Source of the DNA: Armatimonadota bacterium
GTDB lineage: Bacteria > Armatimonadota > UBA5829 > DTLH01
Assembly (NCBI GenBank): GCA_038207085.1
Contig: JBBRAE010000013.1
Location: 1-64,000, forward strand
Length of the DNA stretch: 64,000 nucleotides
Reading direction: 5' to 3'
Position numbers and translations under genes: made by a program. The notes under the pieces are model-generated. The model saw only the letters and a list, made by a program, of their open reading frames with translations. It was not told where the DNA came from and did no database searches. Positions 37,255 through 46,805 of the stretch are shown here, piece by piece. Each line of letters starts with the position of its first letter. The stretch's first letter is position 1.

Positions 37255-38462
37255 TGCAAAGAACTAGACCGGCCAAGCGACCGAAACACGTGCTGCGCTG
37301 GGTGATAATATGTCTGCTGGGCATTGTGATCGGCGTTGGTGGCGCATATACAGTTCTAATGATGAAGGCGTCCGGCGGTGACATCCGCCGTGCGTTCGAC
37401 CCACCGTTTCGAGGCAAGAGCTTTGTTCGGATCCTCGTTCTCGGAGAGGACAACACAAGCAGGAACCGCGCATCGGGCCACGGGCTCTCAGACACGATTA
37501 TGGTCGCCGCCATCGATACAGGGAACAAGACTGTGCGGGCGGTATCAGTTCCAAGAGACACGATGATCGAGATTCCCAGTCACGGCACGCAGAAAATCAA
37601 TGCGTCGTTCGCCTTTGGCGGGCCGGAACTCACCCAACAGATGGTGCAATCGCTTCTCGGGCTCGACTCGATCGACTACTACGTCAAGACCGACATCGAA
37701 GGCCTCACTAAAATCGTCGATATGGTAGGAGGCGTCGGGGTTGATGTCGAGAAGAACATGCACTACGTAGACAGGCACGGCGGGCTCTATATCGATCTCA
37801 AGAAGGGCTACAGGCACCTCGACGGCAAGAAGGCGCTGGGGTATGTGAGGTTCAGACACGACAAGCTCGGGGATATCACTCGGACGCAGCGTCAGCAGAA
37901 GTTCCTGCGCGCACTGGCAAGGCAGATGTTGATGCCTCAGAACTGGGCGAAACTTCCGAGAATCATCAACGAGATCAAGAGCAAGGGGTATATAGAGACA
38001 AATATGCAGCCCCGCGATCTCCTGACGCTTGCGAGACTTGCCGGGGACGTGCCGGCCGAAGAGGTGCAGACACAGACGCTTCCCGGCGCGCCTGAGCGCA
38101 TTCGTGGCATCAGCTATTGGCAGATAGACCACGAGAAGACCGCTGAGATCGTCGGAGATATGCTCGACTATCCTACGGCCAAGGCAGCAACCGTTGAGGT
38201 CTTGAACGGCACAGGGATCGCCGGACGCGCCAAAATCGTCGCTGACAAGCTGGAGACATCGGGATTCAAGATTGCCTCAACAGGCAATGCGCCGTCGTTT
38301 GACTACGACAGCTGCAGTATCATCGTTCATAACCCAAAGGCGGCCGGTGTAGACAGCATCGCAGAGATGCTTGGTTGTCGTGAAGTCAAAACCGAGCCAG
38401 CCGCACATGGCGCATCAGCGCCGGATATCACTGTAATCATCGGCCGGGACTACCAGCCGTAA
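37254..38462 (+). CDS. LCP (LytR-CpsA-Psr) family protein with LytR C-terminal domain
   Basis: TM anchor, ILVLGED, SDTIM, SVPRDT, KINA, YVRFRH..GDI.R..RQQ, VEVLNGTG. Confidence 0.92.
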   Translation: MQRTRPAKRPKHVLRWVIICLLGIVIGVGGAYTVLMMKASGGDIRRAFDPPFRGKSFVRILVLGEDNTSRNRASGHGLSDTIMVAAIDTGNKTVRAVSVPRDTMIEIPSHGTQKINASFAFGGPELTQQMVQSLLGLDSIDYYVKTDIEGLTKIVDMVGGVGVDVEKNMHYVDRHGGLYIDLKKGYRHLDGKKALGYVRFRHDKLGDITRTQRQQKFLRALARQMLMPQNWAKLPRIINEIKSKGYIETNMQPRDLLTLARLAGDVPAEEVQTQTLPGAPERIRGISYWQIDHEKTAEIVGDMLDYPTAKAATVEVLNGTGIAGRAKIVADKLETSGFKIASTGNAPSFDYDSCSIIVHNPKAAGVDSIAEMLGCREVKTEPAAHGASAPDITVIIGRDYQP

Positions 38463-38524
38463 CTATTAATCAAGAAGTAAACGGGAACGTAAATGGCAAA
38501 AACCTCCATTTACTAAGGGAGTAT

Positions 38525-38881
38525 ATGACACAAACTATAGCAGCAGAACAGAAACTTCAACTCATTCGCGAGGCCATTGATGAAAGCAAGGCAGAAAGCG
38601 TCGAAGTGCTTGATCTCAAGAATCTTACGCTCGTCGCTGACTACTTTGTCGTCGCAACCGGCACCTCGAACGTCCACATCAGAGCTATCGTGGATAACGC
38701 TGTCAAGAAGCTGAGAGAGCAGAAGATTCACGTAAACCACGTGGAAGGCCAGTCACAGGCCAAGTGGGTGCTTGTCGACTTCGGAGACGTGATTCTTCAC
38801 GTCTTCGCAGCAGAGGAGCGCGAGTTCTACGACCTTGAAACGCTTTGGAGTGCTACAGCTAACAAGCTTGGAGTGGGCTAG
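38525..38881 (+). CDS. rsfS: Ribosome silencing factor RsfS (Iojap)
   Basis: DYFVVATG.S..H, EG...WVLVDFGDVILHVF...REFYDLE.LW. Confidence 0.95.
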   Translation: MTQTIAAEQKLQLIREAIDESKAESVEVLDLKNLTLVADYFVVATGTSNVHIRAIVDNAVKKLREQKIHVNHVEGQSQAKWVLVDFGDVILHVFAAEEREFYDLETLWSATANKLGVG

Positions 38882-38883
38882 GC

Positions 38884-39570
38884 ATGACCCGGGACGCAGG
38901 GGATATCGCAAGGATCGCTGAGATCGACAAGCTTCTGTCGCGCGGCAACATCCACAGGATGCGCGGTGACATACTGGAAGCCGAAGACTCGTTTCGTCAG
39001 GCGCTTGCCGTCGACGAGTCGCGCGACGACATCCGTGAGCTGATAGCCGATATGCTCTATGCCCGAGGACAGCTCGACAAGGCTGCCCAGGATTACAGAT
39101 CCCTAATGGAGAAGCGTCCGGGCAATGTGCCGATAGAAACTAAATACGCTAAAGTGGTCCTTGAGATCGGCGAGCGTAACTTCGAGCGGCAGATGGCAGA
39201 AGGGCTGATCATGAACCCTTCACGGTTCAGTGAGCGTCCCCAGAGGCCGGTCGCTTCGATGCTCCTGTCGATCACTGCGCCCGGGGCAGGGCAACTGTAC
39301 AACGGAGAGATACTGAAGGGGATGATACTCCTTGGGGTGTTCTTCTTGTCCATTGTTGCGCTTGCACTGTCGCCAACGGACTGCAAGAACATGCTTTTGT
39401 ATCTCGGTGCGATGATAAACCCTCACGAGGGTATCCTGCCCCCTGTGAGCGGTATCGCGCTTCTTTTTACGGTGTTACTTGTAATTGACTGGATCTACGC
39501 TATGATCGACGCCCCGATCTCTGCGGATAAACTGAGGAATCGGCCCGGCCAAAGCGCTGAGTCCAAGTAG
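38884..39570 (+). CDS. TPR-containing membrane protein
   Basis: N-terminal TPR-like helices; C-terminal LS..PGAGQLYNG...KG membrane motif. Confidence 0.75.
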   Translation: MTRDAGDIARIAEIDKLLSRGNIHRMRGDILEAEDSFRQALAVDESRDDIRELIADMLYARGQLDKAAQDYRSLMEKRPGNVPIETKYAKVVLEIGERNFERQMAEGLIMNPSRFSERPQRPVASMLLSITAPGAGQLYNGEILKGMILLGVFFLSIVALALSPTDCKNMLLYLGAMINPHEGILPPVSGIALLFTVLLVIDWIYAMIDAPISADKLRNRPGQSAESK

Positions 39571-39571
39571 A

Positions 39572-39650
39572 TAGCCCGCTTTATTCGTGAAGCGAATAAA
39601 GCTCTCGCTAACAGAGCATTATTCACGAGAAGCGTGAATAATGCGGGATA
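39572..39650. repeat. MITE/REP-like element, family C, copy 2
   Basis: Near-identical to 15377-15455. Confidence 0.85.
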
Positions 39651-39652
39651 GC

Positions 39653-39684
39653 GCAAAGGCCGCACCGTGTGGTGCGGCCTTTGC
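39653..39684. terminator. Perfect 14-bp hairpin between convergent genes
   Basis: gcaaaggccgcacc-gtgt-ggtgcggcctttgc. Confidence 0.7.
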
Positions 39685-39712
39685 AGCAGGTAATGGTTCC
39701 AAAACGGAATGA

Positions 39713-39970
39713 TCACTCAGCAAGTGTATTCTCGATGGAAATCAGTCCCAAACGAGTGGCCCTGCGGAATGCCTGGACCCTGTTGGACACTTGCAGCTTG
39801 TCATATATGTTGGCCAAATGAAAATCGACCGTTCTTTTGCTTACGTAAAGCGCGTCTGCGACATCCTTGCTTGATCGGCCTTCGATCACCAAAGAAAGAA
39901 CTTCCAATTCGCGTTTTGTAAGCCGAACAGCTCGACTTTCTTGGACCTCGGGTATTCCCATAGCCGCCAT
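39713..39970 (-). CDS. Stand-alone LuxR/GerE-type HTH regulator
   Basis: LTKRELEVLSLVIEG.SSKDVADALYVSKRTVDFHLANIYDKL; AAGGAG SD; no receiver domain. Confidence 0.9.
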   Translation of the reverse strand: MAAMGIPEVQESRAVRLTKRELEVLSLVIEGRSSKDVADALYVSKRTVDFHLANIYDKLQVSNRVQAFRRATRLGLISIENTLAE

Positions 39971-40145
39971 ATACCGTGGTCTCCTTTCCCTGCTCGCCTC
40001 TCACATAGGTTCTTCCACGGCATACCAGGGAAATGAGACACGAATATTGGCATATTGCCTGAATATTTCGTGTCACACATGAAGCATACAAACGACAAAG
40101 GCCCGGGAAGTTTCCCAGGCCCGAAAAGTTAAACTTTGTGCTCAA

Positions 40146-41009
40146 TCAGCCAAGCTCGATCATCGTACCGATGCCGTGCTCGGTGAATATCTCCATCAGC
40201 AGCGAATGAGATTTCGTGCCGTCGATGATATGGGTCCGCTCCACGCCGCCCTCAAGCGCCGTGATGCAGGCCTCGACCTTGGGGATCATCCCCTTGTCGA
40301 TCTTGCCAGAGCCGATCATCTGCTCAGCCTCGTTTTGAGACAGCACAGAGCAAAGCGTGCCAGGGTCCTCTTTGTTGCCGAAGATCCCGGCCACATCGGT
40401 CAGCATAACGAGCTTGCTCGCTCCAACTGCCGCGGCTATAGCGCCGGCGATGTGATCAGCGTTCACGTTCAAGCTCTCCCCACCTTGACCGATCGCGACA
40501 GACGAGATAACAGGGATATACCCCTCGCGCCCAAGCGTCTCAAGAATACCGGGGTTGATCGTCTTCACTTCGCCTACAAGTCCGAGATCGACTTCGCCGC
40601 CCCTGCGCTCGGCTACGATCAGATTTGCATCTTTGCCAGAAAGGCCGACAGCCTGACCGCCGTGCGTATTGATGATCGATACGATCCCCTTGTTCGTCTT
40701 ACCGGCAAGCACCATTTCGACGATCTCCATCGTCTCCTCATCGGTAACACGAAGCCCGCCGATGAAATGGGGCTCTTTGCCCATCCGCTTCATCATCCCG
40801 GAAATATCAGGGCCGCCGCCGTGAACGAGTATGGGGTTCATCCCTACGTAGCGCAACAGGACGACATCTCCAAGCACAGAGGTCTTCAGCTTGTCGTCCG
40901 TCATAGCGTTTCCGCCGTACTTGATGACGATGGTCTTGCCGAAGTAGCGCTGTATATACGGGAGCGCCTGCACGAGAATGTTGGCCTGTTCTGAAGTGTA
41001 GCTCATCAT
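40146..41009 (-). CDS. argB: Acetylglutamate kinase
   Basis: VIKYGGNAM, VHGGGP, GLRVTD, NVNAD, GMIPKV, EIFT..GIGT. Confidence 0.96.
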   Translation of the reverse strand: MMSYTSEQANILVQALPYIQRYFGKTIVIKYGGNAMTDDKLKTSVLGDVVLLRYVGMNPILVHGGGPDISGMMKRMGKEPHFIGGLRVTDEETMEIVEMVLAGKTNKGIVSIINTHGGQAVGLSGKDANLIVAERRGGEVDLGLVGEVKTINPGILETLGREGYIPVISSVAIGQGGESLNVNADHIAGAIAAAVGASKLVMLTDVAGIFGNKEDPGTLCSVLSQNEAEQMIGSGKIDKGMIPKVEACITALEGGVERTHIIDGTKSHSLLMEIFTEHGIGTMIELG

Positions 41010-41404
41010 TTCACCTGTACCCAAACTTTTCGGCTCCTGGGGCCGTCAAACTCGCAGAAGTATATCCCCTGCCAAGTTCCAAGCGCAAGTCGTCCATCTT
41101 CCACAATAACCTGACTCGAAAACCCCATCATACTCGCTTTGATATGAGCGTCAGAGTTGCCCTCGCCGTGCCTGTAGTCACCGTGCTCCGGAACGATCCG
41201 CGCGAGGTTGACCAGAATGTCTCTCACAACGCTTGGGTCGGCATTTTCGTTGATAGTCACGCCAGCGGTCGTATGAGGGACAAATATGGTTGCAACGCCG
41301 TCACGGACCCCCGATTCCCGCACTGCCGAAGCAACTTCTGAGGTGATGTCGATCAGCTCGTTTCGCGCACTGGTTCGAACTGAGAAACCCGTCAATTGCG
41401 TCAC
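41006..41404 (-). CDS. yjbQ: YjbQ/UPF0047 family protein
   Basis: PHTTAG.TINENADPSV, H.EGNSDAHIK, LGTWQGIYFCEFDGPR. Confidence 0.92.
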   Translation of the reverse strand: MTQLTGFSVRTSARNELIDITSEVASAVRESGVRDGVATIFVPHTTAGVTINENADPSVVRDILVNLARIVPEHGDYRHGEGNSDAHIKASMMGFSSQVIVEDGRLALGTWQGIYFCEFDGPRSRKVWVQVK

Positions 41405-42063
41405 CTGCTCTTGATCCGATCAATCAGAATCTTCGGGTTCTCGTAGAGCACCACATTGATCTCTTCATCAGAGAGACCAGCTCCTAGACCGACGATCCGT
41501 GCGAACTCCTCGGTCATAAGGTCACCGGGAGCGTGCCCGTCGGAGTTGATCAGAAACTTCGCCCCAACCTCCCGACCAATCTGCACGACTCGGCCATTGG
41601 TGAGTGAGTGCCCCTTGCGGCAGGTTATCTCCAGAAAGACGTTGTGCTCGGCTGCGAGCTTCGCGTCCTCAGGTGTTATAAGGCCAGGATGGGCGAGGAT
41701 ATCGACCTTGCCACAAAGTATAGCCGCGCGGTTTGTACCGGGCTCCACGGGCTCCACAACGGTCTCTCCGTGGACGACGACGTAGTCGACGTCCAAGCTA
41801 TGCGCCTTGGATGTGACTTCATCGATCGCCGTAGCCGGGACGTGTGTGATCTCAGCGCCCACAAACACTTCCATGTTCCACGCGCGCTTAGCCAGATACG
41901 CGTCGCGCCTGAGTTCGTGCAGCACGCGATCAACAGTCGACAGGCTCACGTGATCGGCTATGCCAAGTGCCGTGTAGCCGTTCACCGCACAGCGGCGAAT
42001 CAGCTCCATCGGCAAGAGAACGCCGTCAGACAGAAACGTGTGGGTATGGAAATCATAGAGCAT
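41401..42063 (-). CDS. PHP-domain phosphoesterase (histidinol-phosphatase-like)
   Basis: DFHTHT..SDG, IADH, GAEITH, VHGET, ILAHPG, NSDGH. Confidence 0.88.
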   Translation of the reverse strand: MLYDFHTHTFLSDGVLLPMELIRRCAVNGYTALGIADHVSLSTVDRVLHELRRDAYLAKRAWNMEVFVGAEITHVPATAIDEVTSKAHSLDVDYVVVHGETVVEPVEPGTNRAAILCGKVDILAHPGLITPEDAKLAAEHNVFLEITCRKGHSLTNGRVVQIGREVGAKFLINSDGHAPGDLMTEEFARIVGLGAGLSDEEINVVLYENPKILIDRIKSR

Positions 42064-42087
42064 TCCAAGAAACCTCACTTTGCAGCG

Positions 42088-43038
42088 TTAACGGAAGAGC
42101 GTTGTGATCGATTCGTTCGCCTGAACCCGTCTAATTGCCTCAGCAAATATCGGCGCTACGCTGATAACCTTCAGGTTAGGCAACCTCTCAATCGACGGCG
42201 CAGGGATCGTGTCAGTGACGACGATCTCTTTTAGCTCCGGGCGATTAAGCTTCGCAAACGCAGGCTCAGTGAGCACTCCGTGGGTCGCGGCTATGTAGAT
42301 CTCAGGGTTGCAGCCGTGGGCCAGGAGCGCATCGACGCATTCTGTGATGCTTCCGCCGGTGGTGATGATGTCCTCGACGATGATCGGGGTCTTGCCCTTC
42401 ACGTCGCCCGCGAGGTGGGTCATCTCAGTCATGCCGTGCTCGGGGTGGAACTTGTAGCCGACAGCAATGGGGGCCTGAAGGCGGCTTGCGACCTGTCTCA
42501 CGGTCTTGACGCGTCCCTCGTCGGTTGAGACCAGGACGACGTTTTCAAGCTTCTTCCCGATGAAATAGTTGCTGATCGTCGGGATCGATGTAAGATGATC
42601 GACGGGGATATTGAAAAAACCCTGAATCGCGCCTGCGTGCAGGTCCATGGTGACAATTCTGTTCGCACCGGCTGCGGTCAGGATGTCGGCGATCAGTTTT
42701 GCAGTGATCGGTTCGCGCGGAGCATCCTTCTTCTCCTGACGGGCATAGCCGTAGTAGGGAATCACGACGTTTACGCTTCTTGCCGAAGCTCTCTTAAGCG
42801 CGTCAATAAGAATCAGAAGCTCAACCAGACTGGTATCAACCGGCGGACATGTCGGCTGGACAATGTAGGCGTCGATCCCGCGCACGCTCTCTTTGAACTT
42901 GACATAGCACTCGCCATCACTGAACCGTTCGATAGTCAGATCCCCGAGACTCAAGCCCAAGTAGTCAGCAATCTTCTCCGCAAGCGGCCTGTTTGCCGTA
43001 CCCGCAAAGATCTTCAGCCCGTTCTTAATGTCAGCCAT
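42088..43038 (-). CDS. prs: Ribose-phosphate pyrophosphokinase (divergent motifs)
   Basis: FSDGE, PYYGYARQEKK..REPI.AK, MDLHA.AIQGFF; GGAGG SD; catalytic loop atypical. Confidence 0.88.
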   Translation of the reverse strand: MADIKNGLKIFAGTANRPLAEKIADYLGLSLGDLTIERFSDGECYVKFKESVRGIDAYIVQPTCPPVDTSLVELLILIDALKRASARSVNVVIPYYGYARQEKKDAPREPITAKLIADILTAAGANRIVTMDLHAGAIQGFFNIPVDHLTSIPTISNYFIGKKLENVVLVSTDEGRVKTVRQVASRLQAPIAVGYKFHPEHGMTEMTHLAGDVKGKTPIIVEDIITTGGSITECVDALLAHGCNPEIYIAATHGVLTEPAFAKLNRPELKEIVVTDTIPAPSIERLPNLKVISVAPIFAEAIRRVQANESITTLFR

Positions 43039-43062
43039 TCGCCGTCCTCCATGCTTACACAT

Positions 43063-43089
43063 AAAAAAACCAACGCAAGCGTTGGTTTT
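43063..43089 (-). terminator. Intrinsic terminator between rnj and prs
   Basis: aaaaccaacgc-tt-gcgttggttttttt on the minus strand. Confidence 0.6.
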
Positions 43090-43161
43090 AGTTTTCCACA
43101 ACAGTAGCTCAACCGCGCCATTGCTATTATACTGCTAAACAAGGTCTAACTTCAAGGCAGA

Positions 43162-44856
43162 TTAGACCTCTACGATCACCGGCACGATCATCGGGCGGCG
43201 TCTGGTGCGCTCGTAGATGAACTTGCCAAGCGCCCTGCGCACATCCATCTTTATGGTCATAGTATCGTCGCCATCGATGTCGGGATCTGTTTCCACGACA
43301 GCCTCGAACTTGGCCATAATGATCTCCTTGGCCTTCTCCATCATCTCATCTTCGAGCTCGGGCATGGCAAACCCTCGTGAGACGATGTCAGGGTCGGCGA
43401 CAAGCTCGCCGGTCGTACGATCGACTGTCAGCACGGCGATCATAACTCCATCCTGCGCCAGGTGCCTGCGGTCGCGCAGCACAATGTCAGTCACGTCACC
43501 GACACCAATGCCGTCGACCATCACCATTCCGGAGTTTTCGATCCGGCCTGCGTGTCTCCCCTTGCCGTTTACAAACTCATAGATGTCACCGACACCCAGA
43601 CGCGGCACCCAGTCTGGGCCATAGCCCATCATGGCGGCCATCTCAGCGTATTTCGTGAGGTGGCGATACTCTCCGTGAACGGGAATCACGTACTTCGGAC
43701 GCACGAGGTAGAGCATCAGCTTCAAGTCTTCCTGGTTGCCGTGCCCTGAAACGTGCGTCTCCTCTGATGCGTCGTAAATAACGCGCGCACCGCGCCTGTA
43801 AAGATTGTTGATCGTCTTGTTTACGAGGTTTTCGTTGCCGGGAATCGGCATCGCAGAGAAGATGACCGTATCGCCAGGCCCTATCTTGATCTTCTTATGC
43901 TCATCGACCGCCATCCGGCTGAGTGCGGAAAGCGGCTCACCCTGACTGCCGGTAGACATAATGACGATCTGCTCCGGCGGTGTGCTGTTCAGCTCACCAA
44001 GCGGTAGATCGACGCCTTCCGGGATGCGAAGGTAGCCGAGCTGGGTCGCGATCGCGCTGTTTTTAGCCATGCTACGACCGACCACGGCAACCTTACGCCC
44101 ACATCTCGTTGCGGTGTCGTAAACCTGCTGCATACGGTGGACGTTCGAGGCAAACATAGCGACGACGATTCTTCCCGGTGCCGTCGCAAACGCCTCGTCA
44201 AAGCTCTTTCCGACAAGTCGCTCACTTGGGGTGTAACCCTCGCGCTCGACGTTTGTCGTGTCTGACATAAGCGCAAGCACGTCTTCGTCACCAAGCCGTG
44301 CAAACCTCGCGACATCGATCGGGTGACCGCCGACGGGGGTGTAGTCAAACTTGAAATCGCTTGTGTGGACGATCGTCCCGGCGGGAGTCCGAATGGCAAG
44401 CCCCACCGCGTCGGGGATGCTGTGGCTCACGCTGATGAACTCGATCTTGAAGCTGCCCACCGAGATCACATCACCGGGTTCAACCACATTGAACTCAGCC
44501 TGATCGAGCAGACCGGGGTGGTCCTCAACTTTCGCCTTCACAAACCCGAGCGTAAGCCCCGTGCCCCAAACGGGCACGTTCATCTCTCGAAGGACGTAGG
44601 GCAGCGCGCCGATGTGGTCCTCGTGGCCGTGCGTAAGCACGATCCCAAGGACGTGCTCTTTGTTCTCGATGAGAAACGAGATGTCTGGAATGACGATATC
44701 GACACCGAACATCTCTTCATCCGGGAACATCAGCCCGGCATCGATGACGATAATCTCCTCGCCGTAGCGTACGGCGGTCATATTCTTGCCGATCTCCCCC
44801 ACTCCACCGAGCGGGATTATCTGCAGTGGCATACTTTTCTTTGAACGACGCGGCAT
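43162..44856 (-). CDS. rnj: Ribonuclease J
   Basis: PLGGVGEIGKNM, THGHEDHIG, HSIPD, DFKFD, TGSQGEP, HVSGH, PVHGE. Confidence 0.96.
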   Translation of the reverse strand: MPRRSKKSMPLQIIPLGGVGEIGKNMTAVRYGEEIIVIDAGLMFPDEEMFGVDIVIPDISFLIENKEHVLGIVLTHGHEDHIGALPYVLREMNVPVWGTGLTLGFVKAKVEDHPGLLDQAEFNVVEPGDVISVGSFKIEFISVSHSIPDAVGLAIRTPAGTIVHTSDFKFDYTPVGGHPIDVARFARLGDEDVLALMSDTTNVEREGYTPSERLVGKSFDEAFATAPGRIVVAMFASNVHRMQQVYDTATRCGRKVAVVGRSMAKNSAIATQLGYLRIPEGVDLPLGELNSTPPEQIVIMSTGSQGEPLSALSRMAVDEHKKIKIGPGDTVIFSAMPIPGNENLVNKTINNLYRRGARVIYDASEETHVSGHGNQEDLKLMLYLVRPKYVIPVHGEYRHLTKYAEMAAMMGYGPDWVPRLGVGDIYEFVNGKGRHAGRIENSGMVMVDGIGVGDVTDIVLRDRRHLAQDGVMIAVLTVDRTTGELVADPDIVSRGFAMPELEDEMMEKAKEIIMAKFEAVVETDPDIDGDDTMTIKMDVRRALGKFIYERTRRRPMIVPVIVEV

Positions 44857-44921
44857 GTGTACAATATTAGAGGCGGCGCAGCCAGTGCGCCGCCAGCCTT
44901 TCAATTTGTTGTCTTACGTGA

Positions 44922-45947
44922 CTACTTCTTCGCGATAAGCCCGCGCTCGATCATACATTCAGCAATCTGAACTGCATTTAGCGCGGCGCCCTTTCTGATG
45001 TTATCGGCGACGACCCACATATCGATCGTGTTCGGGCAGCACTCGTCCTGCCTGATTCGACCGACAAAGACCGGGTCCGACCCGTCAGCGAAAAGCGGCA
45101 TCGGATACTTGCCGTTCGCCGGGTCATCCATCACCTCAACGCCGGGATAGCTCGCAAGCGCGTTGCGTGCTTCTTCGGCGGTGATAGGGTTCGCAAACTC
45201 TACATTCACAGTCTCAGAGTGAGCTCTCATAACCGGCACGCGAACGCACGTGGCGGATACCGCGAGTTCAGGGATGTCAAAGATTTTGCGTGTTTCTTTG
45301 ATCATCTTGATCTCTTCGCCGTAGTAGCCTTCGAACTCGTCGGTAAGTTTGGATATCTGCGGGATCAAGTTGCAGAATATCTGATGGCTATACTCTTTGA
45401 CAGGTATCTCAGTCCCAGCAACGCTTGCCTTGATCTGCTCCTCAAGCTCGCGAATCGCCGCGCCGCCTGAGCCCGACACGGACTGATACGTCGAAACTAC
45501 AACCCTCTTCATTGTTGCCTTCTTGTGAAGAGGAGCAAGCGCAACAACCATCTGAATGGTGCTGCAATTCGGGTTAGCGACAAGACCCTGATGCTTTTCG
45601 AGCGCGTCAGCGTTTACTTCAGGGACGACGAGCGGGACCCGTGGGTCCATCCTCCAGTCGTCTCCGTTATCGACGACAACCGCGCCGCGAGCGACAGCCT
45701 CCCAGCCGAACATAGTCGATGCGCCCTTCTCGCCTTCGGTTCCGGCGAAAAACGCGATATCGACGCCATCAAAGGCCTCTGCTGTGGTCGGGATGATATC
45801 AAACTCCCGTCCGTCGAGGACCTGTTTGCGAGCCGAGCGAGCCATAACTTTCAGCTCCGCGATAGGAAAGTTCCTTTGTCGGAGGACCTTCAGCATCTCC
45901 TCGCCTACGGCTCCTGCTCCGACTACTGCTACGTTGTAACCAGCCAC
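44922..45947 (-). CDS. asd: Aspartate-semialdehyde dehydrogenase
   Basis: VPLVVPEVN, ANPNCST, TYQSVSGSG, TCVRVPV..AHS, DNIRKGAALNAVQIAE. Confidence 0.96.
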   Translation of the reverse strand: MAGYNVAVVGAGAVGEEMLKVLRQRNFPIAELKVMARSARKQVLDGREFDIIPTTAEAFDGVDIAFFAGTEGEKGASTMFGWEAVARGAVVVDNGDDWRMDPRVPLVVPEVNADALEKHQGLVANPNCSTIQMVVALAPLHKKATMKRVVVSTYQSVSGSGGAAIRELEEQIKASVAGTEIPVKEYSHQIFCNLIPQISKLTDEFEGYYGEEIKMIKETRKIFDIPELAVSATCVRVPVMRAHSETVNVEFANPITAEEARNALASYPGVEVMDDPANGKYPMPLFADGSDPVFVGRIRQDECCPNTIDMWVVADNIRKGAALNAVQIAECMIERGLIAKK

Positions 45948-46019
45948 CAGATTATTACTACCTTTCTTTGAAATTGGACGACCAGGCTAGGGGTGCAATT
46001 GACCCCGGCCACGCCCATG

Positions 46020-46805
46020 CTAGAGTAGATTATCCAGCCCATACACCAGGCCGCCCAGCCCTCGGACCTTGCGGACCGCAAGCAGGACGCCCGGCATAAA
46101 ACTTGTTCTGTCAATACTATCGTGGCGGATCGTGAGCGTCTGCCCCTGTCCGCCGAAAATCACTTCCTGGCTTGCGACAAACCCCTGAAGCCTCACGCTG
46201 TGAATTGGAACATCCGACTTAAGCTCACCGCGCGTCGGGCCTTGATCGGGATGCACCTGATACTCGCTGCGAGTAGCGGCAATAAGCTCAGCGGTCTTGA
46301 TCGCCGTTCCCGATGGAGAATCAAGCTTCTTGTCGTGATGAAGCTCAATAATCTCGACGCTCGGCATATACTTCGCGGCCTCAGCGGCAAACTTCATCAT
46401 CAGAAGAGCGCCAATCGCGAAGTTCGGAGCGATCAGGACAGATGTGCCAGCCTCACCCGAAAGCTTGCGGAGTTCATCGATGTTCTCAGGAGAAAGCCCG
46501 GTCGTCCCGATTACCGTCGCGATACGCTTTGAAATACACACCTTGGAGTTTGCAAAGACGGTAACAGGCGAGGTGAAGTCTACAACGACATCGGGGTTCT
46601 TACCTTCAAGCATCTCAGCGAGGTCTGACTCGATAACCACGTCGCTTGTAACACCAACCACAGTTCCCGATAGCGTGCTTCCAACACAAGCTACGTCACA
46701 CGCGCCGACGACCTCCATGTCAGGGGCGCCAGACACCGCGCGCGCAGTTTCCTGGCCCATCTTGCCGCACACGCCGACAATCGCCACTCTGATCTTCTCG
46801 CTCAA
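46020..46805 (-). CDS. dapB: 4-hydroxy-tetrahydrodipicolinate reductase
   Basis: G..GKMG, VDFT, IGTTG, APNF, ELHHDKKLDSPSGTA. Confidence 0.95.
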   Translation of the reverse strand: MSEKIRVAIVGVCGKMGQETARAVSGAPDMEVVGACDVACVGSTLSGTVVGVTSDVVIESDLAEMLEGKNPDVVVDFTSPVTVFANSKVCISKRIATVIGTTGLSPENIDELRKLSGEAGTSVLIAPNFAIGALLMMKFAAEAAKYMPSVEIIELHHDKKLDSPSGTAIKTAELIAATRSEYQVHPDQGPTRGELKSDVPIHSVRLQGFVASQEVIFGGQGQTLTIRHDSIDRTSFMPGVLLAVRKVRGLGGLVYGLDNLL

